Source of the DNA: a virus
Taxonomy: Duplodnaviria > Caudoviricetes
Virus record (IMG/VR): IMGVR_UViG_3300047557_004385
Location: 1-30,149 of that record
Length of the DNA stretch: 30,149 bases
Reading direction: 5' to 3' (one strand)
Shown here: positions 17,985-26,457 of the stretch, piece by piece
Layout of the letters: each line of letters opens with the position of its first letter
Position numbering within the stretch: position 1 is the first letter of the stretch
Notes under the pieces: generated by a model
Told to the model about the DNA's origin: nothing
The model's input: the letters and a program-made list of their open reading frames with translations, nothing else
Database searches by the model: none
Translations under genes and position numbers: made by a program

Positions 17985-19511
17985 CTAGTAATCAATGTGT
18001 AACTGGCCTTTTTTAGCGAGGCCCGTGACCAACCATACTAACGCGTCAACCGTGTCATCGTGGCTACTAACGCCGAAATTGGTTAGCTCTTCAAACATTG
18101 CAGTGAAATTACGAAAACGATTAAAGATAATTTTGCGATCTTCAAACATGCCCATGATGCCACGAAAACGGGCAAGTTTATCTGCACGGAATCCTTTAAC
18201 TGGATGCCAGATTAAGTTGTAAAGACCCTCGTTATTAAGACAGACCCGTTTGAAGTCAGCTTCCAGTGATGCCTGGTACTGTACGGCCTCCGACCAAATA
18301 TCACACGTAGAATACGTCGGAAAATAATTTCCGTTCTCATCTTTGCCAAGAATTGACCAATCATTAAGAAGCTCTTTTAGGGCATCTAGTTTTTCCAGAT
18401 TTCCCATAACGCGAATTCGACGGTAATCAATAATGTGAATACGGTCTTCAATGCGACCGCCAAGAATCATAACGGTATAGTCATTCTTTTCTTTTGTTCC
18501 AGCGGAAAGGTCAACCCCAATTCCAAGTGTGTCAAATTCTGTCGAAATTTCTGCCTTAACAATTAACTCAGGTGCCAAAGACAATTCGTTTTGTCTGACA
18601 ATTTGATTCATGTACTGGAAAGAAAAAGCGATAGGCGCTTGCCTTTTCTTTTCACGCAAGTAATCCAATGACCACATATCGGGCCAATAAGATTCCTCTT
18701 CGCCTGTTTGAGGATTAGATTGAATTGCAGAAAGGACAATCTGAGTCCAATTATTCTGTTCGTTAAATGTTGTAGCGTGAATATCATCATGTCGAAAACG
18801 AGTACCAAGGCAAATAGCCCGGGCACCTTCAAACATGGTGGGAGCGATCACCGCATTCCAGTTATCCTGCATTGTTTTACGAATGTCAGGATTAGAAATA
18901 TCAGCAGCAGACTTAATAGCGTCATCGATCATTACAAGATGTGAACGTTTAGATGTCACCGAACCTTTGAGGCCAGCAGCGCAAAGCGTAAATTGTTCAT
19001 CGCCTGTTACATCAATGCCAGCAAACCTGTGATCAATTGACCAGTATTCATTACTGGTTACATTCTTCATCAAACGAACCGTAGGAAAAACTTCTTGGTA
19101 TCGTTTACTTTCAATGATACGTTTAATGGTTGCTGATTTAGATCGAGCAATATCAACCGTGTAAGAAAGATAAAGAATCTGAAGAGGCAGTTTAGCTTGC
19201 GTGTGAATGCCAATAGCCCAGGCAGTTAATAAACCAAGGACAGTACTTTTTGCTGAACCCCGTGGAGCAAGAAGATCAATGTTGGGACCAGCGATCTTGA
19301 TTAAACAAGAACTATCTTCGTTGGTAACAAAGTGTCGATGCCAATCTCGATGGTGTTGTGCAGGAGGTTTATCGGCAACGTACTCACAAAAAAACGCAAA
19401 ATCTTCTCTGGCTTTTGCCAGAGCTTCTGCGTTACGTGGTACTTTAATTTGTTGATTACGTGCAACAGCTTTTGCGTTTCTGCGATGCGCTAGATGTACG
19501 TAAGAGGGCAC
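17985..19511 (-). CDS. terL: Terminase large subunit
   Basis: Walker A APRGSAKST, Walker B VMIDD, coupling motif GTR, nuclease motifs GVDLS and HDDTVDA. Confidence 0.95.
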   Translation of the reverse strand: MPSYVHLAHRRNAKAVARNQQIKVPRNAEALAKAREDFAFFCEYVADKPPAQHHRDWHRHFVTNEDSSCLIKIAGPNIDLLAPRGSAKSTVLGLLTAWAIGIHTQAKLPLQILYLSYTVDIARSKSATIKRIIESKRYQEVFPTVRLMKNVTSNEYWSIDHRFAGIDVTGDEQFTLCAAGLKGSVTSKRSHLVMIDDAIKSAADISNPDIRKTMQDNWNAVIAPTMFEGARAICLGTRFRHDDIHATTFNEQNNWTQIVLSAIQSNPQTGEEESYWPDMWSLDYLREKKRQAPIAFSFQYMNQIVRQNELSLAPELIVKAEISTEFDTLGIGVDLSAGTKEKNDYTVMILGGRIEDRIHIIDYRRIRVMGNLEKLDALKELLNDWSILGKDENGNYFPTYSTCDIWSEAVQYQASLEADFKRVCLNNEGLYNLIWHPVKGFRADKLARFRGIMGMFEDRKIIFNRFRNFTAMFEELTNFGVSSHDDTVDALVWLVTGLAKKGQLHIDY

Positions 19512-19544
19512 AACAATTAAGCAATGAGATCAATAAATAGTAGC

Positions 19545-19706
19545 CTATTTATTTTTAACTTGCTTTCTTTTGTTTTCCTGGTATTTACGTGCTTTATCTA
19601 AAGCTGCTTTACGTTTTTCTTTGTCGGACATTTCTGTCCCATCTTCGCGTTTTGCTTCTTTTTTCTTGAAATGTTCAAGAAGTTGGGGAGGCATTTTGGA
19701 AGCCAT
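19545..19706 (-). CDS. Small basic protein, 53 aa (not in ORF track)
   Basis: MASKMPPQLLEHFKKKEAKREDG...KNK, with TGATG coupling. Confidence 0.7.
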   Translation of the reverse strand: MASKMPPQLLEHFKKKEAKREDGTEMSDKEKRKAALDKARKYQENKRKQVKNK

Positions 19707-19858
19707 CAGCGGTCACCTACCATGCGAACAGCAGTAGTTTGCTGCGGTGTACCTTGACGGCGTGGACCAACCGAACCACTACCTTGATTTACGCTGCGAA
19801 GAGTATTCATCCGAGCCTGAATGTTTTGCGCACTACTAGTACTGGCGCCCATTTGCAT
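19706..19858 (-). CDS. Small hypothetical protein, 50 aa (not in ORF track)
   Basis: MQMGASTSSAQNIQARMNTLRS...GDR fills the gap, and its stop overlaps the next start. Confidence 0.55.
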   Translation of the reverse strand: MQMGASTSSAQNIQARMNTLRSVNQGSGSVGPRRQGTPQQTTAVRMVGDR

Positions 19859-19885
19859 GAATGCTTTTTAAATATTTTAATTTAA

Positions 19886-20503
19886 TTATTCTTCAAGTTG
19901 CATACGAGCCCATACGCTCATGGATGCTTCTTCCAAGGGCATTTCAATTGGGTCATCTTTAAAAATAAACATGAGTTCACGAATTGCCCTATCCGCTCCT
20001 GCCATTAAAAGACCTTTGCGATCTTTCATGGTTGTAAATTGTTCAACCTGGGCAATGGTCCCACGGAGTTCTTTTTGCATTGACGCAATACGAGCAACAC
20101 CTGCATCGCGTTTTACGACGCCGCTTTCTACGTCTTCACGTAGCTTTCGGATGTCCTCCTGCATTTCATCAATTTCATACAGGAGTTTTTTCCGGTGATC
20201 AGGTTTTGAGTAATGATGTTTTACCCAAAGATCACAGCCAACAATACCTCCTTTATAACCAAGGAAGCGAGCGTACAGATAAATTTCAATAACTGAATAG
20301 TTATCTGCGGCAAACAAGCAGAATGCTTCTTGGGAAGCAGAATCGAGATTATCTACCCAAGAATCAAACAGCTCAATATCGATAAGCTCGTTGGGCCTGA
20401 CCGTAGTCACGCTCTTCGTCTTTTTGTTTAAACTGCTGCTGTTGTTCTGCAGAAGTGCGTTGTTCCGACGCGCCTCTACCAATTGTTTCTCGTTCTTGCT
20501 CAC
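19886..20503 (-). CDS. Helical protein, terminase small subunit candidate (true start probably near 20410)
   Basis: Coiled-coil ORF upstream of terL. The first ~43 codons overlap the neighbouring gene. Confidence 0.55.
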   Translation of the reverse strand: MSKNEKQLVEARRNNALLQNNSSSLNKKTKSVTTVRPNELIDIELFDSWVDNLDSASQEAFCLFAADNYSVIEIYLYARFLGYKGGIVGCDLWVKHHYSKPDHRKKLLYEIDEMQEDIRKLREDVESGVVKRDAGVARIASMQKELRGTIAQVEQFTTMKDRKGLLMAGADRAIRELMFIFKDDPIEMPLEEASMSVWARMQLEE

Positions 20504-20621
20504 CAGCAGTCTCCATCTTTTTCTTAGAAAAATCGTAAGCCACGCCAGCAGCTTGGCGGTATTTATCTAGATCAAACCAATCATCAACATCGGTTTGTCC
20601 GGCAGGTACACTGCTAGTCAT
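20373..20621 (-). CDS. Small coiled-coil hypothetical protein
   Basis: 82-aa Q/E/R-rich ORF. Confidence 0.7.
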   Translation of the reverse strand: MTSSVPAGQTDVDDWFDLDKYRQAAGVAYDFSKKKMETAGEQERETIGRGASEQRTSAEQQQQFKQKDEERDYGQAQRAYRY

Positions 20622-20641
20622 GGCTTAGATAATTTTCAGAA

Positions 20642-20797
20642 TCAGAAATTGCCCATCATACCGGCAAGACCTTGTGCCCAAACGTCACGACGGCCTTCAA
20701 CCGATTTCTGGCGCTGTTGACGACCTTTAGAGGCTTCCAGACGATTCAAGAGTTCTTCAAAACTCCGAATATTAAAATAAGTGTCCTGGTTTTCCAT
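20642..20797 (-). CDS. Small protein, tandem paralog A (51 aa; not in track)
   Basis: MENQDTYFNIRSFEELLNRLEASKGRQQRQKSVEGRRDVWAQGLAGMMGNF. Confidence 0.8.
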   Translation of the reverse strand: MENQDTYFNIRSFEELLNRLEASKGRQQRQKSVEGRRDVWAQGLAGMMGNF

Positions 20798-20814
20798 TTT
20801 AATTACTGGTTAAA

Positions 20815-20967
20815 TCAGAAATTGCCCATCATACCGGCAAGACCTTGTGCGAAGATATCGCGGCGGCCTTCAACCGATTTCTGACGCTGTTGGCGACCCT
20901 TAGAGGCTTCCAGGCGATTGAGGAGTTCTTCAAAACTCCGAATATTAAAATAAGTGTCCTGGTTCAT
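20815..20967 (-). CDS. Small protein, tandem paralog B (50 aa; not in track)
   Basis: MNQDTYFNIRSFEELLNRLEASKGRQQRQKSVEGRRDIFAQGLAGMMGNF. Confidence 0.8.
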   Translation of the reverse strand: MNQDTYFNIRSFEELLNRLEASKGRQQRQKSVEGRRDIFAQGLAGMMGNF

Positions 20968-21026
20968 TTTAGTTTTTTTATTCAGAACTAAAGTAATTAT
21001 AACAAAGAAATCTAGGGAGATTTACA

Positions 21027-21923
21027 TCAACCCCAGAATCCAGCAACAAGGCTGGATGCAACATTTCCAAAGGATTGGATTTTTTGCACTTCCTTCATTC
21101 CTTCATTTTTAAACTTTTGTGTTTCCCTGTCAATATCTCCTTGAAGATTAGTCAAACCGGCACTATAAAGAAACTGTCTACTATCACGTACGTTTTGAAT
21201 TTGTTCTTCCAACTCCGCAGCTGTTCCTGTAAATGATTCACCAAAACTCGGAAGGTTGACGCCTGTTTTTTGCGCAAGGCCAGCGGTATCTTTAAAAGAA
21301 GGAAGAAGATTGGAGGCAAAAGTAAAAGTGCGACGGCCTGTTTTTTTACCTTTTTCGTCAACTTCTTGTTTGCCAAATTTAGTGTCGTAATAATTGTCAA
21401 GATAACTTTGATTGAATTTATCTTGATATTCGGTACCTTTGTAAAGAGAATCTCGGAGGTCTTGAACCGAAGAGTAATATCCTTGGTTGAACCGCTCCAT
21501 TGCTTTTGATTTCTCTTCCTCGGTTGCTTGACGACCAAGGATTTCTTCGTAAGCTGCGCCAATGCCTGTTTGGCGGCGACCAGGGAGCAGTTCTTTGGTG
21601 TAAATATCTCCTAACTTAGCAATATCCGATTCAACTGGGGCCAGATTATATTTGGCTCCATAATCACGAAGACGAGATGTTGCATCTTCAAAGCCAAGTA
21701 AACCCTGGCGAAGTTGAGATTCAACTCCTGACTTTAAGGCACCGTAACCAGCTTGTCCAGCGGCAATACGTGCATCTTCTTTTGCTTTTTCTTCTGCACG
21801 TTCTTGTGCAGCACGCTGTTCAGCAATACGCTCTTTTTCTTGTTGGTATTGAAGAAACTGCGAAAAACTATTATCAGGCGGTGGTGCCTGATATTGAACT
21901 GTTGTACCTCTTCCGCCACCCAT
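21027..21923 (-). CDS. Probable internal virion protein
   Basis: 298-aa ORF with MGGG N-terminus; helical and Q/E-rich. Confidence 0.65.
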   Translation of the reverse strand: MGGGRGTTVQYQAPPPDNSFSQFLQYQQEKERIAEQRAAQERAEEKAKEDARIAAGQAGYGALKSGVESQLRQGLLGFEDATSRLRDYGAKYNLAPVESDIAKLGDIYTKELLPGRRQTGIGAAYEEILGRQATEEEKSKAMERFNQGYYSSVQDLRDSLYKGTEYQDKFNQSYLDNYYDTKFGKQEVDEKGKKTGRRTFTFASNLLPSFKDTAGLAQKTGVNLPSFGESFTGTAAELEEQIQNVRDSRQFLYSAGLTNLQGDIDRETQKFKNEGMKEVQKIQSFGNVASSLVAGFWG

Positions 21924-21925
21924 AA

Positions 21926-22477
21926 TTAACCTGCCAGTGATTCTATATTAATACGTGCAATTGGTCCAAACATACCTGTTGGTTGTGCCATATATCCAGC
22001 AATGGTTTCTTGTAGTCGCCCCATGCGTTCTTGCCTGGATAAAGCACGTGCTTCGGGTGAAGTACCAAACGCTGTTTGCCAGCGGATATTTTCACGCTCT
22101 AAACCTGTTTGCTTAGGAAGAAGCTCACTATATTCTTTACGTTTTGCTGCAAGTTGTTGACCAAACGCAATATCAGCTCCTGTTGTTGAGCCAAAGAGAG
22201 TATTAAACATCCCCATGCCCATGCTGCCTTTTTGCATTTCGCGGGCATTGCGAACAGCATCAGCTTGAGCAGCTAATTGAGCATTGGCAATAGCAGCTTG
22301 AGTATTGGCTTGTTTTTGGGCGCCCATCATGCCAAAGGCACCACTCAAAGCTGTGCCTACGCCCAATAATGCATCATCCCATCCAAAAGCCATTGGTTTA
22401 GATCCCGAACCTAAAAACGCGCCAGAACCAGAAGATTTTAAATAACTTTCTGGATTGCTACCGCCAAAATATGCCAT
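21926..22477 (-). CDS. Probable internal virion/ejection protein
   Basis: Gly-rich hydrophobic segment followed by a QA-rich coiled coil, as in pilot/ejection proteins. Confidence 0.6.
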   Translation of the reverse strand: MAYFGGSNPESYLKSSGSGAFLGSGSKPMAFGWDDALLGVGTALSGAFGMMGAQKQANTQAAIANAQLAAQADAVRNAREMQKGSMGMGMFNTLFGSTTGADIAFGQQLAAKRKEYSELLPKQTGLERENIRWQTAFGTSPEARALSRQERMGRLQETIAGYMAQPTGMFGPIARINIESLAG

Positions 22478-22495
22478 GTATTTATTTTACATCAA

Positions 22496-23071
22496 TTAGA
22501 AGTAACGGAATTGAGATGTGCTGGAACCAGGTATTTGAACCTGGGGATATGCTTGAAGAGTTTGAGAATAAATAGAAGGAATTTGAGAAACACCTTGATA
22601 AGCCATTGCCGCACCCATTGGGCCGCCATAAGGGCTAAATGCATTAGCCATCTGCTCAGGAAGTTTTGACAATGTATTCCACATCAAGCCTTGCTTTGCT
22701 TTTTCTCTGGCGTCTTCACGAGCAAGTTCAAGTTGTGCTTTCATTCCTTCCGGACTATTAGCCCAGATGTTTTGCTTGATTTGCTCTTGCATCAGAGGAA
22801 GTACACCCTCAATGAAGTTACCTTCCGGTGTGCGACTTCCAGTAGTAGGAGCATACGGTTGCATTGCCGCATTAACTTCTTCTTTTGAGTAACCTTGTTT
22901 TTGAAGGTCACGCGCTTTTTTTAACCATTCCTCTGGAGTAGTTGGGTTAAAACCAGAAGTTTTTTGTTGTGGATTTAAAGCATTTGCAAAACGTCCGGCC
23001 AATTCAAAACCTCCTCTACCCTTGCCAAACGCAATGGGATTAAAGTTTCCAGCAAGATTAAAGGAGGCCAT
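22496..23071 (-). CDS. Hypothetical (probable virion) protein
   Basis: 191-aa ORF in the operon. Confidence 0.65.
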   Translation of the reverse strand: MASFNLAGNFNPIAFGKGRGGFELAGRFANALNPQQKTSGFNPTTPEEWLKKARDLQKQGYSKEEVNAAMQPYAPTTGSRTPEGNFIEGVLPLMQEQIKQNIWANSPEGMKAQLELAREDAREKAKQGLMWNTLSKLPEQMANAFSPYGGPMGAAMAYQGVSQIPSIYSQTLQAYPQVQIPGSSTSQFRYF

Positions 23072-23073
23072 AA

Positions 23074-23958
23074 TTATCGCAGAACAGCGTTAGCGTAAGG
23101 GTTGGACGTAAGCATGGTGCGCAGAGTTTCACCTGTTTGACCCTGGGCACCCATTGCAAGATTACCAGCGGTTTGCAGAATGTTGAGGCGTGCAAGCTGA
23201 TTACCCTGAGAAGCAAGTAATGCCTGTTGGCGAACCAGGTCGGCATTCTTCATTTGGTTCACCAGAGGCATGTTGCGTTGGAGATCCAGATAAGCTTGAT
23301 CAGAAGCAAACTTACTCAAATCTTTAACAACACTGGTTTCAATCCCGGTACGTGTACGGAATTGAGAAAGTTGAAGATCAGAGAGAGCACGTTCGGCTGC
23401 TAGTTGAGAGGCAAATTCACCTTCTTTGTTTTTTGTTGGAATATTAGTTAGCTGTTGACGACCGTATTCAGCACCTTCAGCACCAAGTTGAGCACCAGCC
23501 CCTGCACCAAGGAAAGGCAGACCTAAGCGAGCAGCTTTGCCGACGATGCCAAAACGGCCTGTGGTGGGCAGAAGACGGGCAATACCTGCAGCGGTAACAC
23601 CACCAATGGCAGCACCACCAAGAGCACCACCAGCGCCCACAGGACGACCTGCTGCAAGCTCAGCAGCTGCTGTCGTAACGCCAGGGATTACACCAGCGGC
23701 TAAACCAAGACGACCAAAAGGAAGAGCACCAAGGCTGCCCATCACATCTTGGGCTCCAGCCAGAGTCTTGTTGGCAAGTTCCTGTGCACGTTGCTTGGCT
23801 TGCTGCTGAACAGAAACCTTTGGTGTAATTGTCGTTGCACCACGTTGAGTCAGGACTTCTTCAGGAACAAGCCCAGCCCTGGCCCGAGCAGCAATATCGT
23901 AATCCGGATAATACGCCCGTGGATCCAGACCCGCTCGCATTAATTCTTCAGGGGTCAT
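23074..23958 (-). CDS. Gly/Ala-rich probable ejection protein
   Basis: Glycine-zipper-like hydrophobic segments plus a Q-rich helix. Confidence 0.65.
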   Translation of the reverse strand: MTPEELMRAGLDPRAYYPDYDIAARARAGLVPEEVLTQRGATTITPKVSVQQQAKQRAQELANKTLAGAQDVMGSLGALPFGRLGLAAGVIPGVTTAAAELAAGRPVGAGGALGGAAIGGVTAAGIARLLPTTGRFGIVGKAARLGLPFLGAGAGAQLGAEGAEYGRQQLTNIPTKNKEGEFASQLAAERALSDLQLSQFRTRTGIETSVVKDLSKFASDQAYLDLQRNMPLVNQMKNADLVRQQALLASQGNQLARLNILQTAGNLAMGAQGQTGETLRTMLTSNPYANAVLR

Positions 23959-23982
23959 TATAAATACAGTTGTTTTATTTGT

Positions 23983-24948
23983 TTAAATTCTATCAGTACT
24001 TAAGTTTTGATACTCGTTTGTAGTAGGAAGTTTTGGACGATTTGCAGATGCAATTGCTTCGTTAATAACATTACCTGCTGCAACACCAGCAATAGAACCA
24101 AGTGCACCGCCAATAGCACCACGGATACCGCGTTGTTTAGCGGGATAGAACTGGGCAACTGTTTTACCTGCTGGCGTTTTAGTTCTGCCTGCAATCGTTG
24201 CTTCCCTTGCCGCAATAGATCCTGCAGCAAAACCAGCAGCCATTGGAATATTTACAGGGAAACCAAGGACACGCGCTTCGGGATAACCTTGTAAGTTTTC
24301 TGGAGTTGCTTTGATAATGCCCAGACCAAGCAAACCTTTGTCGTTGTATAAGAAGTTTTGATAATTAGCGTAACGTTCTTTGGTCAAAGAGGGAATATCT
24401 TTTTGTGCTGTTTCATATTTTAATGGTTCACCTGTACGACCCATAAAGAAACGTTCGAACAACTCTTGTGCAGGTTGTGCAGTTTCACGGCGATCTTCAC
24501 TGCCAGGTTCGGAATATGTTTGGGCGTAACCCGTTGGACGGAAAAGTTGGCCGGGATTTAAAATGTTATAGGTACCAGCTGCAGAAATAGCTGGAGCAGC
24601 AATTGCAAGAGCGGCTGCTGCCCTTTGCGTTGGAGATGTAATACCACCAACACCATACTCAACACCCTTTTGTGCAACAGCGAGAGGATGATTGTATCGC
24701 CACCAGTATGTCCGCGTACCATCATTTGCCGCATCAACAATCAAACGAGATAAATAAGCGCCAGCAAATTGGGCTGGCGTTTGACGAGCCGTAATGCCTT
24801 GCGCAGCAATTTCTTTTTTAAAACGTGGATCTAGGATGCTTTGGCCGTAGCCCAATCCCCCTTCCAAGTTAAGTTGGTTTTTACGCTGAACAACGTCAGC
24901 AGTGCGAGCACCCTCTCGAATATCTTTTAAAACTTGAATAGGATTCAT
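23983..24948 (-). CDS. Hypothetical (probable virion) protein
   Basis: 321-aa ORF with a C-terminal glycine-zipper-like segment. Confidence 0.7.
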   Translation of the reverse strand: MNPIQVLKDIREGARTADVVQRKNQLNLEGGLGYGQSILDPRFKKEIAAQGITARQTPAQFAGAYLSRLIVDAANDGTRTYWWRYNHPLAVAQKGVEYGVGGITSPTQRAAAALAIAAPAISAAGTYNILNPGQLFRPTGYAQTYSEPGSEDRRETAQPAQELFERFFMGRTGEPLKYETAQKDIPSLTKERYANYQNFLYNDKGLLGLGIIKATPENLQGYPEARVLGFPVNIPMAAGFAAGSIAAREATIAGRTKTPAGKTVAQFYPAKQRGIRGAIGGALGSIAGVAAGNVINEAIASANRPKLPTTNEYQNLSTDRI

Positions 24949-24950
24949 AA

Positions 24951-25541
24951 TTATCCGAGCGGGTTGCGAATCTGCGCCAGATATTGTTCATATTCCGGCA
25001 TTAGCTCTGCTACGTAACTTTGAGGTTTAACGTAGTTTTTAAGAAAAGTCTGTTCTATGCCTTGCATTTGAAATTGAGTTCCAGGAGCAACAGCCTGTGG
25101 TACTTCCATGCCATTGATTGCAGCGCGTTGCTGCATCTCTTGCATGATTTGTTGTTGTTGAGATTGTTCTGTGGGTTGAGGATAAAGTGCTTTTCCGATG
25201 GTGGCATCAACCAGTAATGGTGATGCAAGTGATGCACCAAGGTTTACCGTACCTTCTACCGCACCACGAATTGTTTGTGGTTCGACTTGTTTACCAAGAA
25301 AACGTTGAAGGGGACCTGGAACGTTAACTGGTTTTGTAATATATTTTTGACCTAGTTTACGTGCAGCAAGAGTCGCTGGGTATGACGTAAGAAAATCTGC
25401 AGCACCATATGCGACACCTGCAACGGGACCACCAGTAAGCAAACCAAAGCCGCCTGCAAGTGCACTACCCGTACCAACTTGTGCTGCAATATCAGTATTG
25501 GTTTTGGCTAAGTTTGCTAGACGACCTAGTAATGCCCTCAT
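24951..25541 (-). CDS. Hypothetical (probable virion) protein
   Basis: 196-aa ORF with a hydrophobic Gly-rich N-terminus. Confidence 0.65.
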   Translation of the reverse strand: MRALLGRLANLAKTNTDIAAQVGTGSALAGGFGLLTGGPVAGVAYGAADFLTSYPATLAARKLGQKYITKPVNVPGPLQRFLGKQVEPQTIRGAVEGTVNLGASLASPLLVDATIGKALYPQPTEQSQQQQIMQEMQQRAAINGMEVPQAVAPGTQFQMQGIEQTFLKNYVKPQSYVAELMPEYEQYLAQIRNPLG

Positions 25542-25574
25542 TTTATTGTTCTCTTTTTTTTATTTTATCTAGGG

Positions 25575-26228
25575 TTATCCAATTGTTTTACCAGGAGAAA
25601 CATTAGTTTCTACATTATTTTCACTAGCGGTAGTTTCCCCTTGTTTTTCTTCTGCTTTATCTTGTGACTGTTTGCCACCTTTTTGGCGTTCAAGAAGTTG
25701 TGCAACCGAAACATTATCTTCTGCTTCGTTTTCCGCACGTTTTTCAGCCATTGCCATTAGATAGCCATTGGGATCAGGATTTCTAAGGCGTGGCATTGGA
25801 TTTTTAGCAACCTTAGATGGATCCAAAGTTGGACTAAGTTTATACGCTTCCATCCACTGAGGATTAAAATCTGGTTGATCTTGTGGCTTTAATGCGGTAA
25901 GAGGTCGACCGTTTTCAAAGTCATACTCTGTCGGACGATTGAAACGCCCCAGGCCAAACATGTCATAGCCAGGAGTAACCTCAGAGTTATCATCAAAGAA
26001 GGGAGTGTTTGGCGCAAAATTAAGATCAGGGTTTAAGCTAATCTTGCGCGTCATCATGCGCTTTAACAAATCCCGTTCAGTAAACCTAGATGGGTTCCAG
26101 GGATATTCTCCGGTTTCAGGCTTAGAACGAAATAGGTCGCCAAAATCTAAACGTTTGGCAACTGTGCCACGTTTATCAAATGGATTTTGAACGTAACGAC
26201 CAAGATCTAACCTGTGGTCTTTAGCCAT
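25575..26228 (-). CDS. Hypothetical protein
   Basis: 217-aa ORF with TAATG coupling. Confidence 0.7.
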   Translation of the reverse strand: MAKDHRLDLGRYVQNPFDKRGTVAKRLDFGDLFRSKPETGEYPWNPSRFTERDLLKRMMTRKISLNPDLNFAPNTPFFDDNSEVTPGYDMFGLGRFNRPTEYDFENGRPLTALKPQDQPDFNPQWMEAYKLSPTLDPSKVAKNPMPRLRNPDPNGYLMAMAEKRAENEAEDNVSVAQLLERQKGGKQSQDKAEEKQGETTASENNVETNVSPGKTIG

Positions 26229-26455
26229 TAGCTTTCAGCCTTTTTCTCTTTTTTCTTCTTGTGTAATCCTACAAGTGTTTGACGAAGACGCGCTTGTTTT
26301 ACCGTGCGTTCATCATATTTTTCTGGACTAGATAAAACGTTTTCTTGAAGTTGAGCGGATGTAATACCTTTGCGTTTGGCCTTGGCAGTGAAGGCGCCTT
26401 CCTTCATCTCCATGCCTTGAATCCACTTTTTAGATTTCTTTTTTTCTTCTGCCAT
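26228..26455 (-). CDS. Small basic phage protein
   Basis: KKWIQ...KEGAFTAKAKRKG...KQARLRQTL resembles a widespread small phage protein family. Confidence 0.75.
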   Translation of the reverse strand: MAEEKKKSKKWIQGMEMKEGAFTAKAKRKGITSAQLQENVLSSPEKYDERTVKQARLRQTLVGLHKKKKEKKAES

Positions 26456-26457
26456 GA

